Positions 53,434 through 63,038 of a stretch of 64,000 bases of DNA are shown in pieces (the stretch's first letter is position 1; every line of letters begins with the position of its first letter). Position numbers and translations under genes: made by a program. The stretch is from Escherichia phage vB_EcoM_ECO78, in the sequence record PP526941.1; one strand, given 5' to 3'. Under the pieces are notes generated by a model. It was not told the origin of the DNA. It saw only the letters and a program-made list of their open reading frames with translations, and made no database searches.

Positions 53434-53643
53434 TTAAATTACATGATTATTTATAATAAATTCTTGCGGAACGTTAAAATAACCAATTTTAGTTAATATA
53501 ACAACATCACCATTAATAATTACCGGAGAATAATCTTCTGGAGCATTAAATTTCCAATGGGCTCTAATATTATATCCGTCAGAACCAAATGCTCGACTAG
53601 CCGGTCTCCCAGCTTTTTGCCATGCATAAAAATCAAATTTCAT
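53434..53643 (-). CDS. hypothetical protein (69 aa)
   Basis: ORF between 56 and soc. Confidence 0.45.
   Translation of the reverse strand: MKFDFYAWQKAGRPASRAFGSDGYNIRAHWKFNAPEDYSPVIINGDVVILTKIGYFNVPQEFIINNHVI
53448..53455 (-). promoter_or_regulatory. late promoter TATAAATA for soc
   Basis: Exact motif about 30 nt upstream of soc ATG on minus strand. Confidence 0.6.
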
Positions 53644-53834
53644 TTTGAATGCTCTATAATTAATTTTAAAGCTTCTTCACTGACAAAAATTTCGTCAGGA
53701 CCTTCTATAATTTCAACCATACGAAGTTGATTAGTTAAGAGCTCACACACGAGCTCTTTGTTATAATCTTTAAATAGCTGGTCAATACGTTTCTTATGGG
53801 CTTTCTTAAGCTGACGTTTATTTAAACGAGCCAT
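53640..53834 (-). CDS. hypothetical basic protein (64 aa)
   Basis: ORF with ATGA overlaps on both sides. Confidence 0.45.
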   Translation of the reverse strand: MARLNKRQLKKAHKKRIDQLFKDYNKELVCELLTNQLRMVEIIEGPDEIFVSEEALKLIIEHSK

Positions 53835-54352
53835 TAATAGCCTCGGTCTTGACGAGCGAAGTTTTCAGCATTTTTCAGATAATAAAGTTTAAAGATTTCT
53901 TCAGCTGACATTCCAAGAGCAATGAATTTATTCATGAAAAAGTGAAACTGGTCAATCAGTTCAAATTTAATTTCAAGCTGATCTTCAGGAGATAAATCTT
54001 GAATTTTCTTGGATTGCATTTCAGAATAACGTTTCTTCCAAGGTTTCCATACAGCAGAAGCTTCTTTTTCGCCATTACTCATACCACCAAGAGAAGTATA
54101 TAGCTCGCGAGTTTCGTCTGCGATATAATCGTCTTGGTTTCGCAGCCAAGCAAGAACTTCTCCTGCAGTTTCAAGTGAATCGGGATGACGATTTGTTTCT
54201 GGTTTATCATTAGCCAAACGAATCTGTAAATGCCGCTGCATATCAAGCATAACCTGCAGTGGGTCAATATTGTGCATAATATTCTCAGCATATGCACGAT
54301 TTGCTTTATCAACACCTTCGATCAAATGAGCACATTCATTAAAGTAAGCCAT
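53834..54352 (-). CDS. 56: dCTP pyrophosphatase gp56 (172 aa from MAYFNECAH)
   Basis: ATG at 54350-54352 with AAAGGAAA RBS; MazG-like; T4 gp56 size. Confidence 0.8.
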   Translation of the reverse strand: MAYFNECAHLIEGVDKANRAYAENIMHNIDPLQVMLDMQRHLQIRLANDKPETNRHPDSLETAGEVLAWLRNQDDYIADETRELYTSLGGMSNGEKEASAVWKPWKKRYSEMQSKKIQDLSPEDQLEIKFELIDQFHFFMNKFIALGMSAEEIFKLYYLKNAENFARQDRGY

Positions 54353-54423
54353 TATTTTTCCTTTCAATTCATGGGTTAGTAGATTAATTATACAATAAAT
54401 ATATAAAGCAATAAGGAGGATAT

Positions 54424-54624
54424 ATGGTACAAAAATTAATGGCACTTGTTAATGCCATAAAAGGTAATAAAAAACGTATAGCTTTTACTATTTCTGCTAT
54501 GATAGGAATTTTACTCTGGAATTTTGTTTTATCACCAATTGCTATTGCTCATGGTGTTAATATTCCAGTAATTACTCTTGATACATTCGTAGATTTAGCA
54601 TTTGCTTTGGTTGGGTTAATTTAA
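54424..54624 (+). CDS. small membrane protein (66 aa), plus strand
   Basis: AAGGAGGA Shine-Dalgarno 4 nt before ATG; two hydrophobic helices. Confidence 0.45.
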   Translation: MVQKLMALVNAIKGNKKRIAFTISAMIGILLWNFVLSPIAIAHGVNIPVITLDTFVDLAFALVGLI

Positions 54625-55649
54625 ATCTTAGCATATTTAGATAGCCGCATTTTAGCCATCAACCCCTGGGCAATATTATTTTTCATATATTCCATAATTT
54701 GTTCAGGGGCTGCACCTTCCTTTCTAATCATATCATTAACATCTTTTGATTTCCAGGGAGATTTATCCCAAAACATAACCCTTTCTCCTGCATCAACTAA
54801 TTTAGTCATTCGTTTAATAGTGTCAGGGTGACGAGGTTCATTATCTAAGACCCACACGCGTCTATCTTTAAATGGAACAACTTCTAGGTCTAATTGACCA
54901 CCAGTAATAGCTATACCATTTTCAATAAAAAGTGAATCTATAGGTCCTTCTAGAACATATACATCACCATCTTTGACTCGTTCAACTCCATAGATTTTTG
55001 TTGCCTCAGGATAAGCTTTGATGGTGATATATTTTTGAGGAGCATCTTTCTTTAATGCACGTCCTTGAAAAGACTCAGCTTTTCCATTAGCATTATAAAT
55101 TGGAATAACAAGACGAGGCTCAGGTATTTCCTTTTTATATGTTCCCGGTGCTATGCTATTAACTAATTTAGGCCATTCAGTTGTAAACCAAAGATATTTC
55201 CATTTATCCTTTGGAATACAACGAGCTTTTACATATTTTATAATTGGATGGTCTTCCGCCAGTTTATCTAATCTAATACATGACGGAAGAGATTTAATTA
55301 TTTTCTTCTCAGGTTGTTTAGGAAGTTCTTTAGGTTTTTCTACTGGCCGACTTTTACCTTTTTCTTTTCTTATTTCAAAGATATACTCACGATATAAATC
55401 AGGTTCAAACTCCTTTAAATATATTCCGATTGGTGCATGATAGTTACAGTTATAACAATGAATATTTCCTTCATTATTATCACCATAATACCATCCACGA
55501 GCTTTATTCTGGTCGGTTTTTGAATCTCCACAAACAGGGCATCTAAACCGTAATTTAAAAGTTGAACTATTATTTACTTGTGTGAATTTAGGTAAATGAG
55601 CTAATGCACGATATGCAAACTCATTATCAATCCAAGGTATTGATGACAT
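54621..55649 (-). CDS. 61: gp61 DNA primase (342 aa)
   Basis: N-terminal CPVCG...CYNC zinc ribbon and TOPRIM region; T4 gp61 size. Confidence 0.9.
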   Translation of the reverse strand: MSSIPWIDNEFAYRALAHLPKFTQVNNSSTFKLRFRCPVCGDSKTDQNKARGWYYGDNNEGNIHCYNCNYHAPIGIYLKEFEPDLYREYIFEIRKEKGKSRPVEKPKELPKQPEKKIIKSLPSCIRLDKLAEDHPIIKYVKARCIPKDKWKYLWFTTEWPKLVNSIAPGTYKKEIPEPRLVIPIYNANGKAESFQGRALKKDAPQKYITIKAYPEATKIYGVERVKDGDVYVLEGPIDSLFIENGIAITGGQLDLEVVPFKDRRVWVLDNEPRHPDTIKRMTKLVDAGERVMFWDKSPWKSKDVNDMIRKEGAAPEQIMEYMKNNIAQGLMAKMRLSKYAKI

Positions 55650-55651
55650 TT

Positions 55652-55816
55652 TTACTCTTCTTTTTCTTTAGATTCCTCTTTTTTCTTTTTAGGAATCTGC
55701 TCAGGACCTTTATTTACTACAGCACCTGACGTTGTTCCAGTAGAGATATTTTCAGGATTACCACCTGAATCTCCAGCTACCATATCTTCTTTGATAAATT
55801 CTTTATATGTTTTCAT
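55652..55816 (-). CDS. small hypothetical protein (54 aa, T4 61.1 position)
   Basis: Hand-translated MKTYKEFIKEDMVAGDSGG...KKKKEESKEKEE. Confidence 0.35.
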   Translation of the reverse strand: MKTYKEFIKEDMVAGDSGGNPENISTGTTSGAVVNKGPEQIPKKKKEESKEKEE

Positions 55817-55817
55817 A

Positions 55818-56174
55818 TTAACCTCTATTCATAAAAGCATTAAAAATTTGGTCATCAATCGACGGAATAGCAATCTTTTCTGCATCATTTAGCAAATCAT
55901 TAATTTCATCAGATAGCATAACGCATGTACCTTTATTTCCTGTAATTGTTACTGCACAATTACGAACGTTTTCTTTATCAAATTTTAGGTTAATATTTTC
56001 GTAGTGAAAATCCTTTAATGCCGAATATATTTTTAAAATGAAATTGTCTTTTACTACAATAAACCCAACCTCACTATTAAAACGTGGTTCATGGAAACTG
56101 TAATAAACCTTTTCATCTATAAAATCGTATGAAATTTTTTCCATTTTTAAATATGAAAATTCAGAACTATACAT
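55818..56174 (-). CDS. hypothetical protein (118 aa)
   Basis: ORF in 41-61 interval. Confidence 0.5.
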   Translation of the reverse strand: MYSSEFSYLKMEKISYDFIDEKVYYSFHEPRFNSEVGFIVVKDNFILKIYSALKDFHYENINLKFDKENVRNCAVTITGNKGTCVMLSDEINDLLNDAEKIAIPSIDDQIFNAFMNRG

Positions 56175-56186
56175 ACTAACCTCTAA

Positions 56187-56480
56187 TTACTCACCTACCA
56201 CTTCAGCGATGATATTTTTATTATTAAAGTTTTTATCGCAATACAGAACATAATTATACTGCATTACACCACCAGACTTAAGTTGTTTTTGTACTTCAGC
56301 TTTCATTTCAGGACGATCACGCTCAACGATATTCATAATATCTGCTTCAATTTGGGTTTCAACCTCAGTCTGATCCGCAGTCATAGACCATTCGCACAAA
56401 TCTTTATCATAACCTGCCATAGCAGGATGAGCAGCGCAAGAAGCTAAAGCAAAAATTGTAGCAAAGATAAATTTTTTCAT
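56187..56480 (-). CDS. predicted secreted protein or lipoprotein (97 aa, ALASC)
   Basis: N-terminal signal peptide. Confidence 0.5.
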   Translation of the reverse strand: MKKFIFATIFALASCAAHPAMAGYDKDLCEWSMTADQTEVETQIEADIMNIVERDRPEMKAEVQKQLKSGGVMQYNYVLYCDKNFNNKNIIAEVVGE

Positions 56481-56537
56481 GATAATCTCCTCAGTAGTTT
56501 ATGTTTATATAGTATCTCAATTTCCAACAAAAGTAAA

Positions 56538-56792
56538 CTATTTTATTTCCTCAAGTTCGTTAATCAATAAAAGTTCTCTGACGCTAAAAACAAAGAAAAA
56601 TGTGTTCCCATCAACCAGAGCATGACCGCTAATAGAACACCCTCTGTGGAATTTAGAAACTTTACAATCTAGAACTGTAAAGGGTTTTAATCCTATGACT
56701 TTAGCTGTGCGTCTATTCAGTTCACAACCACTTGCGAATTTTTCCAAATCTTCTTCTGATTTAAACTGATATTCTCTATTAACTAGCATCAT
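56538..56792 (-). CDS. hypothetical protein (84 aa)
   Basis: ORF downstream of promoter at 56824-56853. Confidence 0.5.
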   Translation of the reverse strand: MMLVNREYQFKSEEDLEKFASGCELNRRTAKVIGLKPFTVLDCKVSKFHRGCSISGHALVDGNTFFFVFSVRELLLINELEEIK

Positions 56793-56823
56793 TTTCTTTT
56801 CTCCGCGATTAGCTGATAGAATT

Positions 56824-56853
56824 ACTATAACACAACTCTATCAGCTTGTAAAC
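56824..56853 (-). promoter_or_regulatory. early promoter (GTTTACA -35, TATAGT -10)
   Basis: Repeated promoter pattern. Confidence 0.5.
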
Positions 56854-56855
56854 TA

Positions 56856-57098
56856 CTATTTTACTAGCATCAATAACTGTTTCTCTAGCTTAACGATCTT
56901 ACGAAAATACCTTTTACACTGACGAATCTGTCGCTTCGTAGGACGTACAGCAAACTTAATAAATTCCACTCGACCAGATGGAGGACTTTCTTCTGGTGGA
57001 ATATCTAACACCAATTCCCACGTATCTGCAATAAGTGCTTTGAATTGTGTATTTTTCCTGACGTTATACGGAGTAGGTTTAAATAAAACAATATGCAT
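56856..57098 (-). CDS. hypothetical protein (80 aa)
   Basis: ORF immediately downstream of dmd. Confidence 0.5.
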   Translation of the reverse strand: MHIVLFKPTPYNVRKNTQFKALIADTWELVLDIPPEESPPSGRVEFIKFAVRPTKRQIRQCKRYFRKIVKLEKQLLMLVK

Positions 57099-57099
57099 A

Positions 57100-57282
57100 T
57101 TATCCTCGGCAATCTACTTCACATACTTTCTTGTCATCAATGAAAGCTTTAACTAATGCTTTATTAACTTCAGCATATTGAGTAGTAGCCCATTGAACGT
57201 CATCTTTCATCATTGTGATTTCTTTAGTAAACATGCTTTCGTTCTTAAACCACCCCATAAAAACTACCTTTACCAATTCCAT
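57100..57282 (-). CDS. dmd: Dmd antitoxin against host RnlA/LsoA (60 aa)
   Basis: 60 aa, sequence MELVKVVFMGWFKNESMF..., position next to gene 41 as T4 61.5. Confidence 0.75.
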   Translation of the reverse strand: MELVKVVFMGWFKNESMFTKEITMMKDDVQWATTQYAEVNKALVKAFIDDKKVCEVDCRG

Positions 57283-57311
57283 AACAATCTCCTCATTTAA
57301 CCAACAAGACT

Positions 57312-57341
57312 ACTATACCATAGTCTTGTCAACTTGTAAAC
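57312..57341 (-). promoter_or_regulatory. early promoter for dmd (GTTTACA -35, TATAGT -10)
   Basis: Repeated promoter pattern overlapping gene 41 stop. Confidence 0.5.
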
Positions 57342-58768
57342 TAAAATTTTAATTCATTTGCCAAAGCATCTAACTGAGCTCGAGTGGATTCATTTCTTTG
57401 ATAGCGATTCTGCTCAGCCTGAATCTGTTGTGAACCTGCTACTTCACTCACTTCAGTTGGAGTAGAATCTTGTTCAATTTCTACCCATTTCTGATTTCCT
57501 TTTTGAACACCCATCAAAAACTTATTCCATTTGTTCTTATCGCCATATCGTGATTTGATTTGCTTAATGAGTTGTTGTTCAGCAGCTGCTAACTCCTCGG
57601 TTTCAATGACCGCAAGCATAAAATCAGCTGTTGCTGGAAGACCAGCAGATTCTGCAATATCGCTCATGTTAACATCAGAAGAGTCCCAAGCTTGTTTACC
57701 AACCTGTGCTGCAGTCCAAAGAACAGTTTCGGTTTCAACAGCCAAAGCACGCAATTCCTCTGCAATAGCTTTAACAGTTGTGTAACTATTTTCTGAATAA
57801 ACTCTGATGCGGCAAGATTTACAAATACCTAGATAGTCGACAATAATGATTGTTGGAACAAAATTCTTTTTGAGCTTCAATTCGTTTAAAAGTGATCGAA
57901 ATGTATTAGCATCTGCTCCGCCAGTAGGATACTGTTTAACGATTAAACGACCGAGAGTAGATTTCTCACGCCATTTTTCCATTTTTCCTTTATACTCAGC
58001 GTAAGAAATATGCCCATCATCAATGTCATCAAGAGAAACATCAAGCATATTAGCGTCAATACGTTTAGCACAGACTTCTTCTGCCATTTCCATGGAAATG
58101 TAAAGAACATTATGTCCGAGCTGCAAATAATCTGCTGCCAATGAACACAATCCTAATGACTTACCAACGTTAACACCAGCCATTAAAACGTTCAGTGTTC
58201 CAGTCTCAGCTCCACCTTTAGTAATTTTATTTAGAATTTTGAGTTTAAATGGAACCTTACGAGCTTTATTCATATAAGATAGCCAACGTGCTTCGTAGTC
58301 ATCCATCCAATCATGACCAACGTAACTATCAAATGAAATTGATAATGCTTGTCGCATGATGTCAGGAATAGCACCAACATCCGGCATTTTCTTATTTCGT
58401 TTTTCCGGAGGAAGCTCAGCATTAGTTTGAATTTCAATTATTTTAGACGTAGCATTAAACATCGCCCTTTGCTGAACATATTTTTCTGTTTCTTTTATTA
58501 ACCAACTGTGGTCTTCCGGAGAATCAGCTAGTTTTGAAATAAGTGTTTTTACACCAGAATATTCTGTTTCAGTAAATGAACTATTTTCTAATGCAACATT
58601 TAACGCATTAATAGATGGAACGCTATGGTACTCATTAACATGAGATTTAATTAATTTGAATGTATTTTTAGCTGGACCACTTTCAAAATATTCTGAATCC
58701 ATATATGGCCAAACTTTTGAAAAATAAGCTTGATCAAATATGAGATGAGAAAGAATAATTTCTACCAC
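57341..58768 (-). CDS. 41: gp41 replicative DNA helicase (475 aa), apparent GTG start
   Basis: DnaB-family Walker A GVNVGKS; first codon is GTG preceded by GGAGTAA RBS. Confidence 0.9.
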   Translation of the reverse strand: MVEIILSHLIFDQAYFSKVWPYMDSEYFESGPAKNTFKLIKSHVNEYHSVPSINALNVALENSSFTETEYSGVKTLISKLADSPEDHSWLIKETEKYVQQRAMFNATSKIIEIQTNAELPPEKRNKKMPDVGAIPDIMRQALSISFDSYVGHDWMDDYEARWLSYMNKARKVPFKLKILNKITKGGAETGTLNVLMAGVNVGKSLGLCSLAADYLQLGHNVLYISMEMAEEVCAKRIDANMLDVSLDDIDDGHISYAEYKGKMEKWREKSTLGRLIVKQYPTGGADANTFRSLLNELKLKKNFVPTIIIVDYLGICKSCRIRVYSENSYTTVKAIAEELRALAVETETVLWTAAQVGKQAWDSSDVNMSDIAESAGLPATADFMLAVIETEELAAAEQQLIKQIKSRYGDKNKWNKFLMGVQKGNQKWVEIEQDSTPTEVSEVAGSQQIQAEQNRYQRNESTRAQLDALANELKF

Positions 58769-58777
58769 ACTTACTCC

Positions 58778-59122
58778 TTAAAAGAATTTAAATTTTTTCT
58801 TTGACCTTTTATTAAATGCATCTTGTAGTTGCATTGTAATACATTTTTCTACATGAGGAGCTAACTCAGCTTTTCTTTCTTGGTCAAGAACAGCAAAGTC
58901 CATTACGACTTTTCCATCAACCCAATCTAATTTTGTCACATACACAATGTGTGTAGAACCATCTTCTAGTTTAATGACAATCTCCTGGATAACATTTTCC
59001 ATAGCGGATTTAATTATCTTAAGAGACTCATTAAAAAGACGTTCTTTTCTTTCTTCTTCCCCCTCCGAAGAGGGGGATTCATCGATAATTTCTAGATCTA
59101 AATCTAAATCATCTTTATTCAT
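58778..59122 (-). CDS. 40: gp40 (114 aa from first ATG; 120 aa if GTG at 59140)
   Basis: Position between 41 and uvsX; start uncertain. Confidence 0.55.
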   Translation of the reverse strand: MNKDDLDLDLEIIDESPSSEGEEERKERLFNESLKIIKSAMENVIQEIVIKLEDGSTHIVYVTKLDWVDGKVVMDFAVLDQERKAELAPHVEKCITMQLQDAFNKRSKKKFKFF

Positions 59123-60296
59123 TAAATTCTTCCATATCACTTAACTGTTCGAGGTCAGTTTCTAAATCAGCTGCTGATTTACTTTTACTTTCTGGAGATT
59201 TAAATTTTTCAACCTTTGAGTTAATCAATTCATCAACTTCAGCTTCAACAATTTCATTACTATCAATAGCACCTAACTGATAAGCACGTTTAATAGCATC
59301 TCGGAATGGTTGATGCTTAAATAAAGGACCCCAGAATGTAGTGCAGTTGGTATCTTTTGCACGCCAAGATTTTTCTTCGCGAATCATCTCGCCGGTTTCT
59401 TCGTCAAGAAATTCACGAGCATACCAGCCATTTTTAGGTTTTACCACGAATCCTAATTCTAGAGCCATATCTAACAATCCAGAATAAGGATCGATACCAC
59501 CGTCAAATTTAACATCAATAAAGAATTTACTTTTTTCTTTAACGGTACGAGATTTTTCTACATTTAGAACAAATTGATACCCCTGAAGATCAGAACCATC
59601 TTTAATCTGGCGCTTACCGATAATGAATACAGTATCAGCCGAATACATTACGCCTGTACCACCTGTCATCACGGTTTTACTAAACATTTCAATTGTTTCA
59701 ATTGTATGGTTAACCGCAACGCACGGAATGTTTTTAATACTAAAATAAGGAGTAACAATACGAAATAATGACTTCAGCGATTTAGCACGAGTCATATCTG
59801 CCACAGATTTTTCATTCAAGGCATCTTCAGTTTCTTTCTTAGAAGCCATATTACCGATTGAGTCGATGAATACAATAACCTTTTCACCACGCTCAATAGC
59901 TTCAAGCTGATTCACCATATCAATTTTCAGCTGTTCAACTGACTGAATTGGTGTATGAATTACTCGTTCCGGGTCAACTCCCATGGATCGCAAATAAGCT
60001 GGAGTAATACCAAATTCGCTATCATAGAATAGACATACCGCGTCAGGATATTTGTTCAAATATGCTGCAACCATAGTCAAAGACATATTTGATTTAAAGT
60101 GTTTAGAAGGCCCTGCGAAAATAGTTAAACCAGACTGCATACCGCCATCAATCGCACCAGAAATAGCAATATTAAGCATTGGGATTTTTGTGCGAATTAC
60201 ATCCTTTTCATTAAAGAATTTAGATGTAGTCAGTTCAGCAGTCATTTTAGAAGTGGAAGCTTTAATCAAACGGGATTTTAAATCTGCAATAGACAT
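59115..60296 (-). CDS. uvsX: UvsX recombinase (RecA-like, 393 aa)
   Basis: RecA fold Walker A GPSKHFKS; T4 UvsX size. Confidence 0.92.
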   Translation of the reverse strand: MSIADLKSRLIKASTSKMTAELTTSKFFNEKDVIRTKIPMLNIAISGAIDGGMQSGLTIFAGPSKHFKSNMSLTMVAAYLNKYPDAVCLFYDSEFGITPAYLRSMGVDPERVIHTPIQSVEQLKIDMVNQLEAIERGEKVIVFIDSIGNMASKKETEDALNEKSVADMTRAKSLKSLFRIVTPYFSIKNIPCVAVNHTIETIEMFSKTVMTGGTGVMYSADTVFIIGKRQIKDGSDLQGYQFVLNVEKSRTVKEKSKFFIDVKFDGGIDPYSGLLDMALELGFVVKPKNGWYAREFLDEETGEMIREEKSWRAKDTNCTTFWGPLFKHQPFRDAIKRAYQLGAIDSNEIVEAEVDELINSKVEKFKSPESKSKSAADLETDLEQLSDMEEFNE

Positions 60297-60373
60297 TCAT
60301 TTTTTCCATAGGCATCATTATATTTTCCTCACTGGTTAAAGATAGAGTAATTATAACACAATAAATTTAGGCA

Positions 60374-61216
60374 TTAATCAACTGCTATTGGATGAATAGC
60401 ATTAAACTTATGAAATGCTTCTGATTTTTCTTTACGCGAAACACACATGCGAAGAACCTTTAGTGGTTCATCTTCTTCACCCAACGATTTTCTCTTTTCA
60501 ATATTCGATGTTTTCCAACGAGCTTGCTCTGGAAACTCTCTATTGATTTGCTCAAGCGCTCTATTATGTTTAGAATTACTACGAATTGAGCTACATCCGC
60601 CTGGAGCTTGCGCTTTTCCAGATACAACCAGATATTTGAACAAGGCCAAATGCGGATAACCTTGATTAATTAAATTGAGAAATGCATACATATCTTCACA
60701 TAAATCAATTTTTCCATACCCAATTTGTTCTGTCGTAAGTTTTCCAAGGTCATACCAGGTATTCGTGAATCCATATGAATTTTCACGGTAATTACCCCAA
60801 GATGAAGTAATTTTAAAAATAGGTAGACGAGCATGACCGTGATAATACCCGCAATCCATAGCATCTTCAACGTATTGAATCAATTCATAGAACTGTTCAC
60901 GAGTCAATTGATTGACTTTATCTACGCAACGCCGATCATCTCTTTTTCGCATTGAACTCATACGAATAGTAGTATCATCGTCAATCATCCAGATTCGTTG
61001 GCCTGCATACATATCAGTAATTACTTTACGAGTTCCAGCAATTCCGTTTACGTCATCAGGAATAGTTACAATTTTAGCTCTAGACCCATAGGCATCATAA
61101 TAAGCTTTTTCTTCATGTTCACGTACTACAATATGCGGTTCATAATCAGTCGGAAACATATCAAGGGCAGAAACTGCCCCTACACGTTGATAGCTCGGAA
61201 TTACGAATTGAATCAT
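60374..61216 (-). CDS. GT-A type glycosyltransferase (280 aa), candidate beta-glucosyl-HMC alpha-glucosyltransferase of T2/T6 type
   Basis: DxD-like MIDDDTT motif; occupies the T4 beta-gt locus but is not T4 beta-gt; ATG at 61214-61216. Confidence 0.55.
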   Translation of the reverse strand: MIQFVIPSYQRVGAVSALDMFPTDYEPHIVVREHEEKAYYDAYGSRAKIVTIPDDVNGIAGTRKVITDMYAGQRIWMIDDDTTIRMSSMRKRDDRRCVDKVNQLTREQFYELIQYVEDAMDCGYYHGHARLPIFKITSSWGNYRENSYGFTNTWYDLGKLTTEQIGYGKIDLCEDMYAFLNLINQGYPHLALFKYLVVSGKAQAPGGCSSIRSNSKHNRALEQINREFPEQARWKTSNIEKRKSLGEEDEPLKVLRMCVSRKEKSEAFHKFNAIHPIAVD

Positions 61217-61953
61217 TTCCACTCACCTTTATAGTCTTTTTTCACAATATGAGTTTCGCCAGTATTCCACCAATGATCAACCAAGTAAAAATGACGAGAA
61301 TATACATGAAGACTTCCAACATTCCATATAATAGAACCTGCTTTATACTGACGAGTTGAATCGCCTGCATTCAAATCAGATACTAATTTATCTAATACGT
61401 ATTTTTGCCATGCATAATCATTACGGAATCCGAAGACCACGTCATTTGAGCGCATGCTTACTACTGCATTGACTTTCTTATCACGAATCAAGTACTGTAC
61501 TGTATTAGTACACATGAAATCTGACATACCATCTTTATTGTAGTCAAACTGCATAGATGGACGAGTATAAATCATGATACCGCGCCGAGAATCAGGATTT
61601 TGACCAAGTTCAGCTAAACACATATCATACTGGGCATAGTTATCTTCTGACCAGATAGCCCAACCATAATTCGAGTTAATTTCGCCTTTAGAAGATGCTA
61701 CTTGTTGCCAAATCTTCGGTGTTTCACCCGGAATATCTTTAACGAACAAGCTCTTAGATTTATACCATTCAAGTTCGCGCTGAATGTATTCATCATTAAG
61801 AGCGCCAAAAATAAACGGTTCATCTGCTACAAATGATGCGCCAATAATTTCAATAGTTTTAACGCCAGTTTTATCAACTACGAAATCTTTTTCCTTTAAT
61901 GCAAGCCCCAAATGAAGACGGATTTCTTCAACTGTCATAGAGTCACTAATCAT
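61213..61953 (-). CDS. 42: dCMP hydroxymethylase (246 aa)
   Basis: Sequence MISDSMTVEEIRLHLGLALKEKDF matches T4 gp42. Confidence 0.92.
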   Translation of the reverse strand: MISDSMTVEEIRLHLGLALKEKDFVVDKTGVKTIEIIGASFVADEPFIFGALNDEYIQRELEWYKSKSLFVKDIPGETPKIWQQVASSKGEINSNYGWAIWSEDNYAQYDMCLAELGQNPDSRRGIMIYTRPSMQFDYNKDGMSDFMCTNTVQYLIRDKKVNAVVSMRSNDVVFGFRNDYAWQKYVLDKLVSDLNAGDSTRQYKAGSIIWNVGSLHVYSRHFYLVDHWWNTGETHIVKKDYKGEWK

Positions 61954-61960
61954 TTAAACC

Positions 61961-62110
61961 TCAATTGATACATTCATATTTAACTTGTAACAGTAATAAG
62001 CTCCAACCTAAAATAATAGTTGGAATCATAAGAGGAACCGTTACACTATAGTATATACTTATTATAATCATCAAGATTAAAAGCAATGCTGCTATAATTT
62101 TGCTTTTCAT
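61961..62110 (-). CDS. small hydrophobic peptide (49 aa)
   Basis: Hand-translated MKSKIIAALLLILMIIISIYY...; ATGA overlap with imm stop. Confidence 0.35.
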   Translation of the reverse strand: MKSKIIAALLLILMIIISIYYSVTVPLMIPTIILGWSLLLLQVKYECIN

Positions 62111-62358
62111 TCCTTCTCTCTGATGATAATTACCTGATTTGGCTGCGCAGACTTTTTAGTTTCACCCGCAATTGACCAAATAAATGTAATAAACCAACCA
62201 ATAATTGACCAGTTAAACAGTAAAGACGTGAAAAAGATTCCTACTGTCGATTTTGACCCACGCATCAAGGCAATAAACCATGGAAGCATGTATATAATAA
62301 TAGCCAACACGCCTGAAACTAAAACCATAAAAATTGAACCTGCTACTAAAGTTTCCAT
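62107..62358 (-). CDS. imm: Imm superinfection immunity membrane protein (83 aa)
   Basis: Two TM helices; size and position next to gene 42. Confidence 0.75.
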   Translation of the reverse strand: METLVAGSIFMVLVSGVLAIIIYMLPWFIALMRGSKSTVGIFFTSLLFNWSIIGWFITFIWSIAGETKKSAQPNQVIIIREKE

Positions 62359-62365
62359 CTTTTCC

Positions 62366-62746
62366 TCACTTAGTCAAATTTTTTACGCATGAATTATAAG
62401 AATTCACTACATACTCCATCGGAGCATTTTTACCTGTACGCCACTGGTAATTATTAGCCCAATTTGCCCAAAGCACGGCACAGTAGTTTTCAATTTTTTC
62501 TTCGCGTGTAATTACATCTGAATTACGATATGCTTGAGCAGATTCATCTGGACGAATAGCTTCGTCAAAATTCGCCTGCATTTGTTCTATTGTTTGCTTT
62601 GGAGCTTCTTTATAACACTTGACATTAGGATTATAAAATTTGCTTGAACAATTTACAATTTTTCCTACATCAGACTGATTTACTACCGGTCCTTGAGCTA
62701 CACAACCAGTAAGACCCAATGCAATAACCAAAATAGCGATTTTCAT
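62366..62746 (-). CDS. predicted lipoprotein (126 aa, lipobox LTGC)
   Basis: Signal peptide MKIAILVIALGLTGC. Confidence 0.5.
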   Translation of the reverse strand: MKIAILVIALGLTGCVAQGPVVNQSDVGKIVNCSSKFYNPNVKCYKEAPKQTIEQMQANFDEAIRPDESAQAYRNSDVITREEKIENYCAVLWANWANNYQWRTGKNAPMEYVVNSYNSCVKNLTK

Positions 62747-62758
62747 AACAATTTCCTC

Positions 62759-63010
62759 TTAAAACTTAACAAATAATTTTAAAGCATCTTCAGTTTTAAT
62801 TCCTTTTCTTACACCCATAACAGAAATTGGCTGTGACTGAAATTTTCCTTTGCCATTATAAATTTCTAATCCAGTCACCATTCCATTTTGTTCTATAATA
62901 CCATAAGTATTACCTTCATTTTCGAATTCTTTAACTTTAAAGAGTTTATTAGCTTTTTCTGCATTAACAACTTTTAAATTTTGAATAAAATTAGTTTGAA
63001 TGTTTTTCAT
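62759..63010 (-). CDS. hypothetical protein (83 aa from MKNIQTNFIQ)
   Basis: Track N-terminus crosses the promoter; ATG 63008-63010 follows GGAGGA RBS. Confidence 0.45.
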   Translation of the reverse strand: MKNIQTNFIQNLKVVNAEKANKLFKVKEFENEGNTYGIIEQNGMVTGLEIYNGKGKFQSQPISVMGVRKGIKTEDALKLFVKF

Positions 63011-63038
63011 TTTGTGTTCCTCCGTAGTTGATAGTTGT

